Below are positions 26,440 to 40,227 of a stretch of 64,000 nt of DNA, piece after piece; position 1 is the first letter of the stretch; each line of letters starts with the position of its first letter. The position numbers and the translations under genes are program-made. The stretch is from positions 25,358,001 to 25,422,000 of the forward strand of contig JAGIQG010000018.1 in assembly GCA_024679065.1 (NCBI GenBank), written 5' to 3'. Below the pieces are notes generated by a model. The model saw only the letters and a program-made list of their open reading frames with translations. It did no database searches and was not told where the DNA came from. The stretch is from Sphyrna mokarran. Taxonomy: Eukaryota.

Positions 26440-28955
26440 AGGCTTCTCCACTGCCTCTCCACACAGAAAGGGCCACTTGGATACATGACTACTTCCGGGT
26501 GAGATTGGATAAGGAATTAGGTTCCTGTGGGGAATTTGATGCACCAGGGCAAAGAAATACTTTTTTTTAACCTTCAGTATTTGGTGAGTTTCCTTTCTTG
26601 TCTCCAAGCCAGGCAATTGCAACTTTCTACTACTTTGTGTAAATTATTAACTAATTGACTAATAATTAAAGAAGGTTGGTATGAAATGGCAGGGCTGGTG
26701 ATATGGGGCACACAGTGATATGGGGAAATCTGTGGAATCCATTGCAATTCCAGACAAATATATCTGCAGAAAGTGTTTGTAGCTTATGCAGCTTTGGCTC
26801 CAAATGCTGAGTTGGAATCTGAATTCTGAATATTGGTGGGTATTAAGGAGAAGGAGAATTACCTGGACACTTTGTTTCAGAATGAAGTCATTCCCCTTAG
26901 GTTAGACAAAACCTTAGAGGTGGTCAATGGTCAGAAACAGAAAGGTTTTACTGTAAGTCAGGAAGATAGGGAGAACCAGCACATAAACCCCTGACTTAGT
27001 CCAACATGAAGAAAAGGATTGCAAGGTGAATGAGCGGACTGACCATAACACCATTGTGAAGGATGCTATTAGTGTTGGGGGAGCGAAGAGGAATATGGTA
27101 ATAATAGGAGACAACATAGTAAGGAGGATAGATAATGTTCACTGCAGTTTAGAGCATGAGTCCAGGCAGCTGTGTTACCTGCCTGGTATCAGGATTATGG
27201 ACATCTGCTCTGGGCTGGAGAGGAACTTGAAGTGGTAGGGGGAGGATCCAATGGTCATGATCCATGTAGATATTAATGAACAGGTAAGAGTAGAAAACAT
27301 TCTTTATTAAGAGTATGAGCAACTAGGGGTTAAATTGAAAAGCAGAACCTCAAAAGGTAATAACCTCTGCATTATTACCTGACCCATGAGCAAACTGGCC
27401 GAGGGAAATTAAGATTAGGGACATAAATGTGTGGCTCAAAGATTGATGAATTTCGATTCATGGGGCTCTGGCAGCAAAACTGAAAAAAAAAGAGATCTGT
27501 ACTGATGGGGCAGTTGATGTTTAAAGCATGTTGGGGCCAGTGTTCTGTCAATTCATATAACTAGATGGTAGAGAGAGCTTTAAATTAATTAGTGGGGTCA
27601 AAGGAGAGACAATATATAGTAAAGTAATTGAGCAGGGCAGCAATTTGAATAATGTGTTCCAGAGTGTGACAGGAAGGAACATAACCTATAATCGAAAGAG
27701 TGCACTAGCAAATGAAGCCAAAAATGGTAAAACAAAGGAATTTAAGATCCAGTATCTGAATGTACATAGCATTTGTACCTAAAGAGTTAAATTATTAGCA
27801 GGGATAGAGATAAATGTGTATGATCTGATAGTCATAACAGTGACATAGTTGTAAGATGACCAAGTCTGGGACCAGAATGTTTAAGGGTTTTTGACATCTT
27901 GGAATGACAAAAGCTAGGAAAAGCTGGTGGGGCAGCTCAATTAATTAAGGGTGGCATTAGTTCAGTACTTGAGAAGATTTTATCTTGGAAGAATAGTTTG
28001 GGTGGAGGTAAGAAATAGTAGAGGTAAGAGATCACTTGTGGGAGTAGTTTTTATGTCCCTAACAATAGTTAAACTATAGGATAGAGCATTGAGGAAGAAA
28101 TAAATGGGGTATGTAAGAAAGGTTCCATGATAATCATGGATGTCTTTAATCTGTCTTTAGATTGTGAAAATCAAATTAGCAAACAGAGCCTGGAAATGAG
28201 TTCAAAGAGTATTTTCAGGACAAATTCTTAGAGCATTACTTTCTAGAGTCAACCAGGGACCAAACTATTCTAGGCCTGGCAATGTGCAATGAGACAGAAT
28301 TAATCAATAGCTTCATGATAAAGAAGTCTTGAGGTGACAGCAATCACAACATCTCAGAATGTTATGTTTAATTTGAATGGAGAAGTGTGGACCATTATTA
28401 TAGTTCTAAACCTAAATAAAGGATAGCTATGAGAGTATGAAGGCAGATTTGGTTAAGGTGAACTTGGAAACTCGGTTGAAAGGTTGCACAGTAGAGTTAT
28501 AGTGGCAGAAATTTAATAACTTTCAGAAGATTTATCTCAGTGAGAAAGAAAGGCTGTTTGAGAAGGATGTATTACGAGCGGTGAAATAACGTTAAAGATA
28601 GTATTAAATTGAAAGACTGCACAAATCTACAACGAAAAGTGGTAGGTCAGAAGTTCGGACAGATTTTAAGAAGAGCAAAGAATGTCTAAAAAGATAATAG
28701 AGGCAAAAAGTATGAGAGATAGCTAGCTAGTAATATAAATCAAATATATTAAGAGCTTTTGCAAGTATTTAAATAGGAAAAGTATAAATAAAGTTAATGT
28801 TTGTCCTCTAAAGAGTGAGCCTGAGGAATGAATAATGGAAAACAAAGAAATGACAGAGGTGTTGAGCAGGTATTTTGTGTATGTTTCCACAGAAGCAGGC
28901 ATGGAAAACTTTGCAAAGATTCTTGAAAATCAAGATATGATAGAGAGGAATGAAC
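26440..28955 (+). mobile_element. Decayed CR1 LINE 5' half (ORF1 esterase, APE endonuclease)
   Basis: ORF 27026-27238 VIIGDNIVRRID...LCYLPGIRIMDI is the SGNH esterase-like CR1 ORF1; YLNVHSI APE start at ~27753. Confidence 0.8.
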
Positions 28956-29916
28956 TTTTTTTCATTCATTCATAGGACATAGGCATTACTGGCTGGCCAG
29001 CATTTATTGCCCATCCCTAGTTGCCCTTGAGAAGGTGGTGGTGACCTGCTTCTTGCAATGCTGTAGTCCATGTGCTGTGGGCTGACCCACAATGCCATAG
29101 GGGAAGGGATTCCAGGATTTTGACCCAGGAACTGTGAAGGAACAGCAATGAAGGAACCAAGTCAGGATGGTGAGTGGCTAAGAGGGAAATTGGTGGTATT
29201 CCCATGTATCTACTGCCCTTGTCCTTCTAGATGGAAGTGGACATAAGTTGAAAAATGCTGTCTAAGGATCTTTGATGAATTGCTGCAGTGCATCTTGTAG
29301 ATAGTACACACTGCTACTACTGAGTGTTGGTGGTGGAGGGAGTGGATATTGTGCTAATTAAGCAGACTACTTTGTTCTGGATGGTGTCAAGCTTCTTGAA
29401 CGTTGTTGGAGCTGAATCCATCCAGGCAAGTGGGTGCCCAGGTGCTGAGTGACGTAGGCAAAACCTAAACTGTCATCTCTGACCAGGTTATTGCTGAGCA
29501 GATGCTGCTTGATAGCACTGTTAATCACCCTTTCCATTGCTTTACCGATGATCAAGAGTTTGCTGGCTGGTAATTGGCTGGGTTGGATTTGTCTTGCTTT
29601 TTGTGAACATACCTGGGCAATTTTCCACATTATCAGATAGATGCCAGTGTTATAACTGTACTGGAAGAGCTTGGCAAGGGGAGCAGCAAGTTCTGGAACA
29701 CAAGTCTTCATACTATTGTCAGAATGTTGTCAGGGCCCATTGCCTTTGTAATATCCAATGACTTAAACTGTTTCTTATTATCATGTGAAGTGAATAGAAT
29801 TGACTTGGAAGAGGCCAAGATGGATCACCAACGAGGCATTTCTGGCTGAAGATTGCTGTGAATACTTCAGCCTTATCTTTTGCACTGATGGACTGGGCTT
29901 CTCCATCACTGAGGAA
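28956..29916 (-). mobile_element. LINE family B 3' part with internal deletion
   Basis: ORF 29367-29711 KTCVPELAAPLAKLFQYSYNTGIY..WKIAQVC; 3' tail ggctggccagcatttattgcccatccctagttgcccttgag. Confidence 0.85.
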
Positions 29917-30749
29917 GGCCCACTCCTGCTTCTATTTTCTATGAGTGTTTCTCTGTAAATAAATGTTGAGATGTTAACAAAAGAGACTACAATAAATCAC
30001 AAAAAAATAATTTATTATGGCCACATCAAGTTGCTAATCAGGCAAAGTCAACAGTTCTTTTTAGCTGTGTAAACAGGATTCATGCACCTCATTACGCAAG
30101 TTTGCCCAAGAGCCCAATCTCAAAAGATTTAACTTTTGGGAGTGGTGTAACTTTAGTGAAAGGAGATGCAATTGAAGAGAGATGGGAGGCAAATTTGGTA
30201 ACTGGCTTTGGAATGGAGAAAATCTAAGAATGCTCTTCTAACAAGCCTGACTCCATGATACCTCAGAACTTCTCTGGAAACAACAGGCTGGACTCAACCA
30301 ACTGGAGAAAATATTGTGCATGCAGTGGTCATTTCCATGGAGACTGGTCTACCACATCAGGAGGTTTCCCAATTCAAGCTTCCTGCCTTCAAAGTGAAAC
30401 CATCTCTTTCTTTAGATAAGGCTACTTTGAGTGTGATGAGATAAAGACAGTCCTCAGTAAACTGATTAAAAAGGCAGAGGTTCAATAGGAGTGGTTCAAA
30501 AACTAATTTAATGTGACATAGAACTGAGGGGCAAAGAGAGTTATTTGCCAAACAAAAACCATGTACAACTAATGAAGCAAATGATAACAGATAGTTAACA
30601 GATAGCAAGAGTTATGGAAGGAGTGTAAAAAATGTACAAGTGATATCAAAATCTACACAATTTCTTACAGTTACACACGGGGTAATGGTGGTCAGAAGCA
30701 ATGTGAAAACTGATACCAGTGATAGTCAATGAAAATGATTAGATAGCAG

Positions 30750-32315
30750 AGAGGTTAAATAATTGCATTGCATTAGTCTTTAGAGAAAGAGGTCCTGAGG
30801 AGCTAATATTGAATCAAGGATGGAGATTCAACAAAATTAATGTAAAAGAAATAATAGTGTTAAAGAAAGTAATTGCATTGAAGAGCAATTGTAGCCTGAG
30901 GATGGCTTCCATCCCAGGATTTTAAAAGAAGTAGTTGAGAACATTGCAGATGAACTAACTGTAATCTTCTAAAGTCCTCTCTTTTGGGAATTGTTTCTTT
31001 AGGTTGCAAAATTGGCAATGTCACTCTGCTATTTAGGGAAGGTGAGAGAGGGAAAGAAAGAAATTAAAGACCAGTTGCCCTAATATCTGTTGTTGGGAAA
31101 TTACTACAGTCAGTAATTAAGAATAGAACAACTGAACACCTTGAAATGTTTCGGCTAATCAGAGAAAGTCATGATAGATTGTGCAGAGGAGGTTTATCTG
31201 ACAAATCTGGTTGAATTTTTTGAAGAGGTGATTAAAATAGTGGATAGATACGTCTATGGATATTATTTACAGGGACTTACAAGATGCATTTGATAAAGTC
31301 TCTCACCAGAGACTGCTAGCTGAAATTGAAGCTCATGAAACTGAAAGTAACTTTTTGACCTCAATAGGAAATTGGCTGAGTGAAAGGGGACAAAGCAGAG
31401 ATAATTGACAGGATGTGACATGCGATATCCCACAAGAATTTGTGTTGGGGCCTTTACTATTCATAATGTTTATAAATAACTTGGATGATGGGATAGAAAA
31501 CTACATATCCCAGCTTTGTCAGACAGGTGATGTTATGATGGTGACAGGGGATCATCAATCGATCTCTCCAAGGGCCTCTTAGAATATGAGCTCCCCTTTT
31601 ATGTGTTTAAAACCAGCTGGCTGCTCTCAGGCCAGTGGTCAAAAGATTCAGGGCAAGCCCGCACTATTTCGAACACACTATAAATAAAGGGTGATTGGTG
31701 ACAGAAGACTGGCCTCGATAAGATTATTACATTAGTGATGAGGAGTAAAGCAAGCTTTTTCTTCCTTCTGACTATCTTTACCTTGAGACAGGTAATCCTC
31801 TGGTAAGAAAAATTCCTCTTTTTGGTAAACTTAAAGGTTGCAATGTAAAGTAAAAGACTGGGCCCAATACACAGAGCAAATGCATTTCTTTTGTTTGGGC
31901 CAACAATGTCGAGGGGGACGAGAAGCAGTAGTTGCTCAACAGCATTCCAGATACTCTGTAAATAAAAGATGATTGGTGACAGAAGACTGGCCTGGGAAAG
32001 ATTATTACAGGTGACATTATAAGGAATGGAGATGGAAGTATTAAATTAGAAAGAGGTGTTGATAGATTACATCAATGGGCAAAACTATGGTAAATAGATT
32101 CAATGTTGGCAACTGTGAAGTCACCCACTTTGATTCTACAAATGTAGAACACAGTATTTTTTTATTTTTAATTTTTTTTATTTTTAAATATAATATATAA
32201 TATATAAATATTTGAAAAGCTGGAGACAGTGGAGGTTGGAAGAGACCTACTCGGGACATGGGGGTGGGGTTCTAGGTACATAGATCAAAAACATTTCATG
32301 AACACATGCAAAAAA
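30750..32315 (+). mobile_element. Decayed CR1 RT region with a nested LTR element
   Basis: HPRILKEV, RPVALISVVGK, LTNLVEFFEEV, QDAFDKVSH and LGPLLFIMFINNLD motifs. Confidence 0.8.
31531..32009 (+). mobile_element. Internally deleted Gypsy provirus (5' LTR, PBS, gag start, end of 3' LTR) with 5-bp TSD
   Basis: GGTGA direct repeats at 31526-31530 and 32010-32014; TG...CA termini; 51-bp LTR end repeated at 31681-31731 and 31959-32009; PBS-like ttagtgatgagg; gag-like PLFGKL...DWAQYTEQMHFF...ANNVEGDEKQ. Confidence 0.85.
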
Positions 32316-32979
32316 AATCCCTATTATTTGCTGAAGAACCCACTCTGAGAAGCAGTACTAATCATTTGGCACTTTTACTATGTATTTTCTTTACAATCAT
32401 TTAAAAATGCAATAATAGCAACTATAAAAATATTATTTTGATGCTCTGAATCCATTTGTCCTATCTTCATGTTTAACTTCTGGTTCTCAATTAACCTCCT
32501 AATAGCCTTTCACCTTCTCTGAGTGTTGTTGGATACTTAACTATTGACTGCACAATTAACAATTATGCAAAATCCTCTAATCACTGCACTAAAATTCTGA
32601 TTACCACACATTCATCTTTGACTGGTATGTTAGTCAGTTAATTAATGATAATTCCTTTGCAATCCTGCAGGAAACAATCCCTTTGAGGCTGCTCTATTTC
32701 ATGTGAATTTCATTCACACAACCCCATCAATCTTGAATGTGGCATTTTATGAATTGTGCAATATATTATATATATAAGTTTACTTAATGAATGAGTGGTA
32801 TCCTGGGGAAAAGAAGAACAACCCTGGCATTTCAATTAAGATAGATCAATTCCTCTATCTTTCCTCATAGGCTGGAATTCTCGAGTTTTGATATAATACT
32901 GTGACCTTGAATGGTACCATTCAGCCCTCTAGTGCCTTCTCTACCTAGTGGTGCCACTTGTTGAATCCTGAGCCCTATC

Positions 32980-33612
32980 CCAGTGGGTTGCACTTTAATT
33001 TCTGAGACCAAACATTTTAGTTTCTACCCCCATTCCAGAGACTTGAGAATGTAATCTAAGTTGACACTCCTATATTGTACTGAGGCACTGCTGCACAGTT
33101 GAAGGTGTGTCTTTTGGATGAACTGCTAACCTGAGGGCTGTGTCTATACATTCAGATGGATGTAAAACTTTCATTATACTATTCAAAGACAAGCAGGGAA
33201 GTTATCCCCAATATGCTGGCCAATATTTAATCCTTCAACCAGCATCACAGTGCCATCTCCAAGATGCACTGCAGCAACTCACCAAGGTTTCTTTGACAGC
33301 ACTTTCCTAACCCATGACGACCACCATGTCAAAGGACCATGGTAGCAGACGCATGGGAAAACTAGTATTGTAACAGCCACATACTATCTGTCTTGGAACT
33401 ATATCATCAATCATTCACTGTTGCTGGGTCAAAATCCTGGAGCTCCTCTTCTAATAGCCTTTTGGGTGTACCACAGTTGTTTGGGAAAGCAGCTACCACC
33501 ACACTTTCAAGGACAATTAGGAATGGGCAATAAATATTAGCCTTGCCAGTGACATCCCCATGCTTTGAAAGTATACATTAAAAAAAACAGATTATCTAGT
33601 CATTATCTCATT
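32980..33612 (+). mobile_element. Deu-domain tRNA-SINE (SacSINE1/AmnSINE1-like) interrupted by a LINE family B 3' end (~33250-33585)
   Basis: Deu-like core gtactgaggcactgctgcacagttgaaggtg...cttttggatg...agcagggaagttatcccc...ctggccaatatt; nested tail caaggacaattaggaatgggcaataaat. Confidence 0.7.
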
Positions 33613-33769
33613 GAAACACCTTGGTTCCCTGGGAATTCATCACAGTGGTTTCTTTAAATATCCTTCCCTCTAGAACCCTCTAGCTGTATAACCTTCAGAT
33701 CACATCCCACCCACTTCCCATGCACATCAAGCCAATCCATGCCCCCTGCTCCATGGCCCTATATAGCCC

Positions 33770-34150
33770 CATGCTAAAGTTGGTCTTATCACAAAAAGTT
33801 AGTTTGTATGTACAGTAAATGATCGGAAGGCAAATGGAATGTTGGCATTTTTTATAATGGAAATCGAGTATAAAAGTAGGGATGTTTGCCACAACTGTAC
33901 AGGGCCTTAGCTAGACTGCATTTAGAATATTGTGTACAGTTTTGTCTTCTTACTGAAGAAAGGAAATAATTGCATTAGAAGCAGTTCAGAGAAAGATCAC
34001 TTGATTGATCCCTGCGATATAGAGGGTTACCTAATGAGGAAAGGTTTAGCTTGTCAATCCTATGCCCATTGGAATTTAGAAAAAAAAGTGATCTAATTGA
34101 AAAATATAAGATCCTGAAGGGACTTGACAACTATTGAGAAGATGTTTCCC
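33770..34150 (+). mobile_element. CR1 LINE fragment
   Basis: KANGMLAF, LYRALARLHLEYCVQF and LEAVQR-like motifs. Confidence 0.75.
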
Positions 34151-35529
34151 CTTAAAGAAATCCCTTATAAAAACAAACAGACTTTTATTCATAACCCCAC
34201 ATCAAAAACAGCTAATCCTTTAATAACCTCTTTGGGTTGTAAATCAAATCGTAAACTTAGGACTTTCCACTAGGATAATTATTAATGCTTCGCTACTTTC
34301 CACAATGTGTAATAGCATAAAGATAGCCCTTATGGTAATGTTAACAAACAGCTATTATAACTGTTAGACCAAAATTATTTTAACTCTCATAGGAACAGGC
34401 AGCCTGTTTTACTTAATTTTGGAGATATAAATAATTTCACAGCTGAAGTCCAAGACCTGAATATCTGATACCAGCCAACAGTATTGAGTAACTGGAGGAT
34501 GGATTGTTCGGCTCTGATCTAAAGTTACTGGAGCCTATAGTTCAGTCTACTGAGCAGAGCTGAAATGTCTCTGCATTGAAATAAAATTAGATTTTCAGGA
34601 CTCATTTCTTTCTTTTGAGGGCCATTAATGTTCACCTTAATTACCATTTCAATTTGTGTAGAAGATGTCAGCCATTAATTCCCTGGTGATTACTGCAAGT
34701 CAGTAGCTGGAGGACTGTTTGCTGTCAAAAAGATCAGTGATCAAACTATATCAGTGGCAAATGCAATAGGAATGAGTTATTTGATCATATAAGTTTATTC
34801 TTACAGTCAAAAGTGGGGCTGGATTTATATCCCGAAAGGAGCTTAATTCACCAAAAAGATGATATTGAACAGGACAGAAATTGGAATTCACCTTTGAGGT
34901 TTGGGACTGAACTCTCTTCGGATTGAAATTCTCTTTGGCAGATTGGTGGAACCATTAGCTAATTGTCTATTCATCCTATCCAGATTGCTGGGGTGTAAGC
35001 CGCAAAGTATCTCCAATAACAAACAAATAGACACGATGACCCTAATGTCCCCCTGGAGAACTTTACAGGATGATCAGGAGAGGAACTTCTGCTTGGTTCA
35101 TTGGATTGCCCCTTGATCCTGTCCACTTTCTGAGATAGAAACATAGAAACTAAAAGCAGGAATAGGCCATTTCGCCCTTCACAATCCTGAACGTAGATTC
35201 AGCTGGAACCTGCACCATTGATTAAGCAATCTGGGAACAGCACATCACAAAGAGGGACTGGAATGTCTCCATGACACTTTGTGTCCCAACTCTAAGGTGA
35301 AAGAAGTGTGGAGTACACTGCTTTTCAATAAGCCTCTTTTTGTGTCAATCATTGTACATTAGAAGGTTGAAGAAAATTAACAGGCCATTAAAATTTTAAA
35401 TCCTCTCTCCCAGGCCGTTAGCTGTACGTACACCAGGGACAAACACCAGGCATGTGTATAGTATGGACAATCATTTGTGGGCAGGCACCATGTACCAGCA
35501 CCCTGGCTATCCCTTAAACAGCACCAAAT

Positions 35530-35690
35530 ATAGATAATCTAATCATTTATCTTATTGTCGTTTGCGGGAGCTTGCTGTGTGCCAATTTGCTGTTGTATTA
35601 AAACAGTGGCTATATTTCAATAGTAGTTCATTAGTTGTAAAGCACTTTGGGACATCCTGAATTTTGAAAGGCCTTGTAAGTTTCTTTTAT
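35530..35690 (+). mobile_element. Deu-SINE / L2-type 3' tail
   Basis: gtttgcgggagcttgctgtgtg...ttgtaaagcactttgggacatcctg; reverse complement of the 55425-55590 tail. Confidence 0.55.
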
Positions 35691-36489
35691 TTTCTGGGGA
35701 AGCAGCTACCCTCAAACTAACAATGGGAAGCTTGTGCAATCAGCAACATAAGAACTTGCAAGCAGTAATGAATCCACACATTTTAATGCTTTGTTACTGC
35801 ACTCTGGTGAACATTTGAATGACTATGTTGATTTAAAGCCAATCCTGCTCTCCTGATTGCTTGGGGTTTCAGAGTGTCTGTTTTATTAGTGACTGTAGGG
35901 GACCAAATCCCAAGCAAACAGTGTACTCTGCAACTAACTTGCTCAATAGCTAGGATCATTGATCGAGGAGCTCTTTAAGATCAATTGTAGATCAGTAAAT
36001 TAGTTTGTAATGTGGACTGTTACCACACAGCTTGAAGTGGGAAGGGATGCAAACAGAATGTTCTAATAAGTGGGACAGGTCAACATCAAGTCATTTGAAC
36101 TTCATACATATTTGAGAAAATCTGTTACTCTTATATTTTTGTCAAGCCATTAATGTAATGAAGTATCCCAAGCCTCTTCTCAGGAAGACATCAAGCCCCG
36201 AAGGGACCAAAACTTCTGCCACTCCATTCCTATTTTCTTACTCAAATCCTGACCTCCACATTTTATGCCCAGATATCCAAACCAGATCTCTTCAGAAATT
36301 CAGGCCGTACTTTTTCTCAGAATTCTCCATTGGGTAGGATTGTCAGGGGAAGCTAGCTCACATCCTATTTTTAGGGCATCAGTTGCTGTATTTTGCTAAA
36401 TCTCCATTCACTAACACAGTGAAAAGCTTTGGGACTGTTAAATAACTTTTTACCACGATACTGAATGTGTGTATGTGAAATAAGTGGGT

Positions 36490-36750
36490 CAGATGGTAGG
36501 ATGGATAGAATGACACTTGGCTAGAGTGGCAGGGTGGATATGTGGCAGAGAGGTGGCAGGATTGGTAGGATTGCAGAGGACAGGGTAGTAGGCAGGAACA
36601 TGGGTAGGATGGCAAGCTTGCAGAGTGGTAAATAGCAATGAACAGAGTGAGTAGGGTGCCATATGGGTAGGATGCCATGGTGGGTAGGGTAGCTGGTGGC
36701 AGTGTGAAAGGTGGTAAGTTGGGGTGATTACCAACTGAGTATACTGGTGA
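36490..36750 (+). repeat. Degenerate G-rich minisatellite (gggtaggatggca-like units)
   Basis: Repeated gggtagg(atg)gca motifs; explains the Pro/His-rich minus-strand ORFs. Confidence 0.55.
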
Positions 36751-37054
36751 TGTCAAGTCATAGGAAGCTGGAGCTCTGAGTGAGAGTTGGGAATGAGTCA
36801 GTGAGATAGTATAGAGTCGGGCAGAATGTCAGGGGCAATCAGATGTATAGGCAGGTCAAATTAGAGGCGTTGAATTGTTGGGAGGGAATTGGAGAGTTGA
36901 GGCGTGGGACGTGTCGGGGTTGAAGGGTCAGGAGGTGGAGTTAGTATAGTTTTTTTCCCTAACATTTCCTGGGTAACAACTCAGGTGAGTAAGTTGGAAC
37001 CATTCAAAGAAACGGGGAGCCTGTGGGTGGTGCTTACATCATTGGCTAGTAACT

Positions 37055-38180
37055 GAGAAGAAATTGGCCCTTCAACCCAACTTGCCTAGTTTTTACCACT
37101 AAGCTAATCCCAATTGTCTGCATTTACCCCACATCCCTCTAATACCCATCTAATCCACGTAACTATCTAAATGTTTTTTTAAAAGACAAAATTATACCAG
37201 CCTCTACAACTGCCTCTAGAAGCTTGTTCCAGGTATTCACCACCCTCTGATTGAAAAAATTGCCCCTCTGGACCTTTTGTATCTCTCCCTTCTCACCTTA
37301 AGTCTATGCCCTCTAGTTTTAGACTCCCCTATGTTTGGAAAAAATGTTGACTATCTATCTTATCAATGCCCCTCAATATTTTATAGAACTTGATAAGATC
37401 ACCCCTAAGCCTCTTATGTTCCAGGAAAAAGAGTTGCAGTTTATTGAGCCTCTCCTTATAACTCAAACCATCAAGTCCCTGATAGCATTCTAGTAAATCT
37501 TTTCTGCATTCTTTCTAGTTTAATACAATAGGATGACCTTTCTACAATAGGGTGACCAGACCAGTACATAGTATTGCAAGTGTGACCTTACCAATGTCTT
37601 GTGCAACTTCAACAAGACGTCCCAACTCCTGTATTCATTGTTCTTACCAATGAAACCAAGCATGTTAAATGCCTTCTTCACCACTCTGTCCACCTATGAC
37701 TCCACTTCCAAGGAGCAATGAACCTGTACTTCTAGATCTCCTTGTTCTATAACTCTCCCCAACGCTCTACCATGAACTGAGTAGGTTCTGCCCCAATTCA
37801 GTCTACCAAAATGCATCACTTGCAGTATCTAAATTGAACTCCACCTGCCATTCATTGACCCACTGACCCAATTGAGCAAGATCCCTTTGCAATCCTAGAC
37901 AACCTTCTTTATTGTTCACTATGCCAACATTTTTGGTGTCATCTGCAAATTTATGAACAATGCCTCCTCAATTCTCATCCAAATCATTAATATAAATAAA
38001 AAATAACAGTGGACCTCGCACTAATCTCTGAGACACACCGCTGGTCTCAGGTCTCCAGTTTGAAAAACAAGCTTCTACAACCATGCTGTGTCTTCTGTCA
38101 TCAGGCCAATTTTGTATCCAATTGGCTACCGCACCTTGAATCCTGTGATATTTAAAGATATGTTACAACCTACCATGTGG
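37055..38180 (-). mobile_element. CR1 LINE 3' ~1.1 kb
   Basis: Minus-strand KFADDTK (~37935-37955), WQVEFN, LLKLHKTLVRSHLQYYV and FFQ..RVVNTWNKL motifs. Confidence 0.85.
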
Positions 38181-38189
38181 TAGAAGCCC

Positions 38190-38450
38190 ACCTTAATGCT
38201 CTGAGGATTTGGATTCAAATTCTACAATGGCAGTTGGTGGAGTTCGAATTAAATTAATAAAATCTAGAATTGAATCATTGTCAATTATTGTAAAAATCCA
38301 TCTGGTTGGCTATCTGGTGCCATCTGCCATCCTCACCTGGTCCAGCCTACATGTGACTCCAGACCCACAACAATGTGATTGACCCTTACCTGCTCTCTGA
38401 AATGGCTACTCATTTTAAGGGCAATTAATAATGGACAATAAAGGAAAATA
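38190..38450 (+). mobile_element. tRNA-headed SINE (family B)
   Basis: Box-B-like ggattcaaattc; body gtaaaaatccatctggtt...ctacatgtgactccagacccacaacaatgtgattgac; tail aagggcaatta...ggacaataaa. Confidence 0.75.
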
Positions 38451-40082
38451 AAGTTTCAAAGACCTTTTTGGAGTGTTTGGAATTACTCATCAGGACATAA
38501 TCTTAAAATCCAGCCCAATGTTGTAATCTCCTGTGCCATGCAGTGCCCCAGGAGAGAAAGCAACCCTCAATGTTTTGTCTCAACATTGAATTGCACAGCA
38601 CCAGACTATGTGCTAACACATTAAAGGTTTGATTTTGACTTTTGGGTGACTAAAATGCAGAAAAAAAAATATAACCTTTTAATCCCAAGGGTTATTCTGA
38701 TTAATATGGAAATCTGTAGTCGTCAACTCTCTCAGAGCATAGTATCTGAAGACAGTATTCTGGTGAATCTATTTTTCACTTCTGTCAAAGCCAGTATTTA
38801 CCTCCTGAGGTGCAGTGCCCAGAACTGAGTGCAATGGTCCAGATGAGGAGTGAGCAGAGTTTAACCAATGCCTCTTCTTAGTATTTCAGCCTCCTTAAGA
38901 CAATAGTTAACATTCTGTCTTCCTATATATGATCCTGATTACATCTGGCATTTGTCCTAAATTGAATAACGAGTCTGTGTCCTGCTTCTGTTTTCAAAAA
39001 AAGACCTGGAGGACATAAACTGCAATAATGGCATCTGTTGCAAAATGCATTGCAAGAAGAAAGTGGTTTCCATGTTACCTAGCCAAATGAAATTCAACCA
39101 GTTTGTTTTCTGCTGAGAAGAGCAGCAGTAAAGAAGCTATTAAAAATGTTGCTTCAGGGAGATCAAATATCCCTTTAAACAAGGTGGTTTTGATCTGTTG
39201 ATCTTTCGTGATGTGATTCAGAGAACTCCTGAATAAAATAATAACCATCCACCATCTGCTGTTCATAGGCTGAACTAAAACCCTTTTTCAAACACAATTA
39301 AACATGGTTGGACAATTCTAGCAGGTCAGGCAAATTATTTTCCAATTAGTACGGTACAGTACATGAGGTGATGTTTAGAAAACAGATGGTTAGTCTACTG
39401 ATCTGTGCCCTTCACTGAGATTATACAATGATTACTCTTGCATTGTATGGATTTTAAACCTATTGATATAAAACTGGTAAATGTAGCCAAATTACTTGAG
39501 AACTTCCTCAGAGCCTCTGCTTAAGCAAAAGGGGGATGACAAGTTAAGAGAGTAAAAGTGATCAGCAGCTGTCTCACCTTACTGTCTAGTGCTATGACAC
39601 GCAGTTCATAGCAATATTTTTATTACACCCATACATTATAATAAACATTGAATCACCATCTATGCCAAAAGGCAGCACGACATAGCACCAAACAGAAGAG
39701 AACCCACAGCATCTCTGATCCAGATCTCCAGACTGCACAAAAGGAGATTAAAAGCAGGCAAAGATTACTGTATGTGAAGGTCAGCATGTCCCAGCTGTTG
39801 TTCATAATCACTCTGTTGTTGTTGTTTCTTTTCCTGTCCCAAGTGGTGCACAAGGCAGACTTTCATCAATTTGCATAGCAAGTTTTTACCTCAATAGGTC
39901 TCTAGCTAGCCTGTCACCAGAGGCTTATAGCTTGAGGAGAACCACTCCACACCAAGCGTGGCTGACCAGGGTCTCTCCCATCCTTATTGCATGCCTTTGG
40001 CACATGGGAAAGATTTTGCAGATTGATAGTCAATCTGTTCAATCACTAAGATAAGAGCAAATTACTGCGAGCACTGGAAGCT

Positions 40083-40227
40083 GAAACAAAAACAAAAAAT
40101 GCTGGAAAATCTCAGCAGGTATGACAGCATCTGTGGAGAGAGAACAGAACTAACATTACAGAGTAGATGACCCTTTGTCAGGCTGTTGAATGGGCTTCTA
40201 GACTTGAAACATTCAGTCTGTTCTCCT
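40083..40227. mobile_element. Inverted dimer of Penelope-type terminal repeat, each arm with a degenerate hammerhead-like core
   Basis: Left arm (minus) ctgacaa-agggtc-atct-actc; right arm (plus) ctgttga-atgggc-ttcta-gactt-gaaac; left flank aaaatgctggaaaatctcagcagg. Confidence 0.6.

Noticed and set aside
36379-36756. Pro/His-rich ORFs (similar ones at 61741-62141)
   Set aside because: Antisense readings of G-rich low-complexity repeats.
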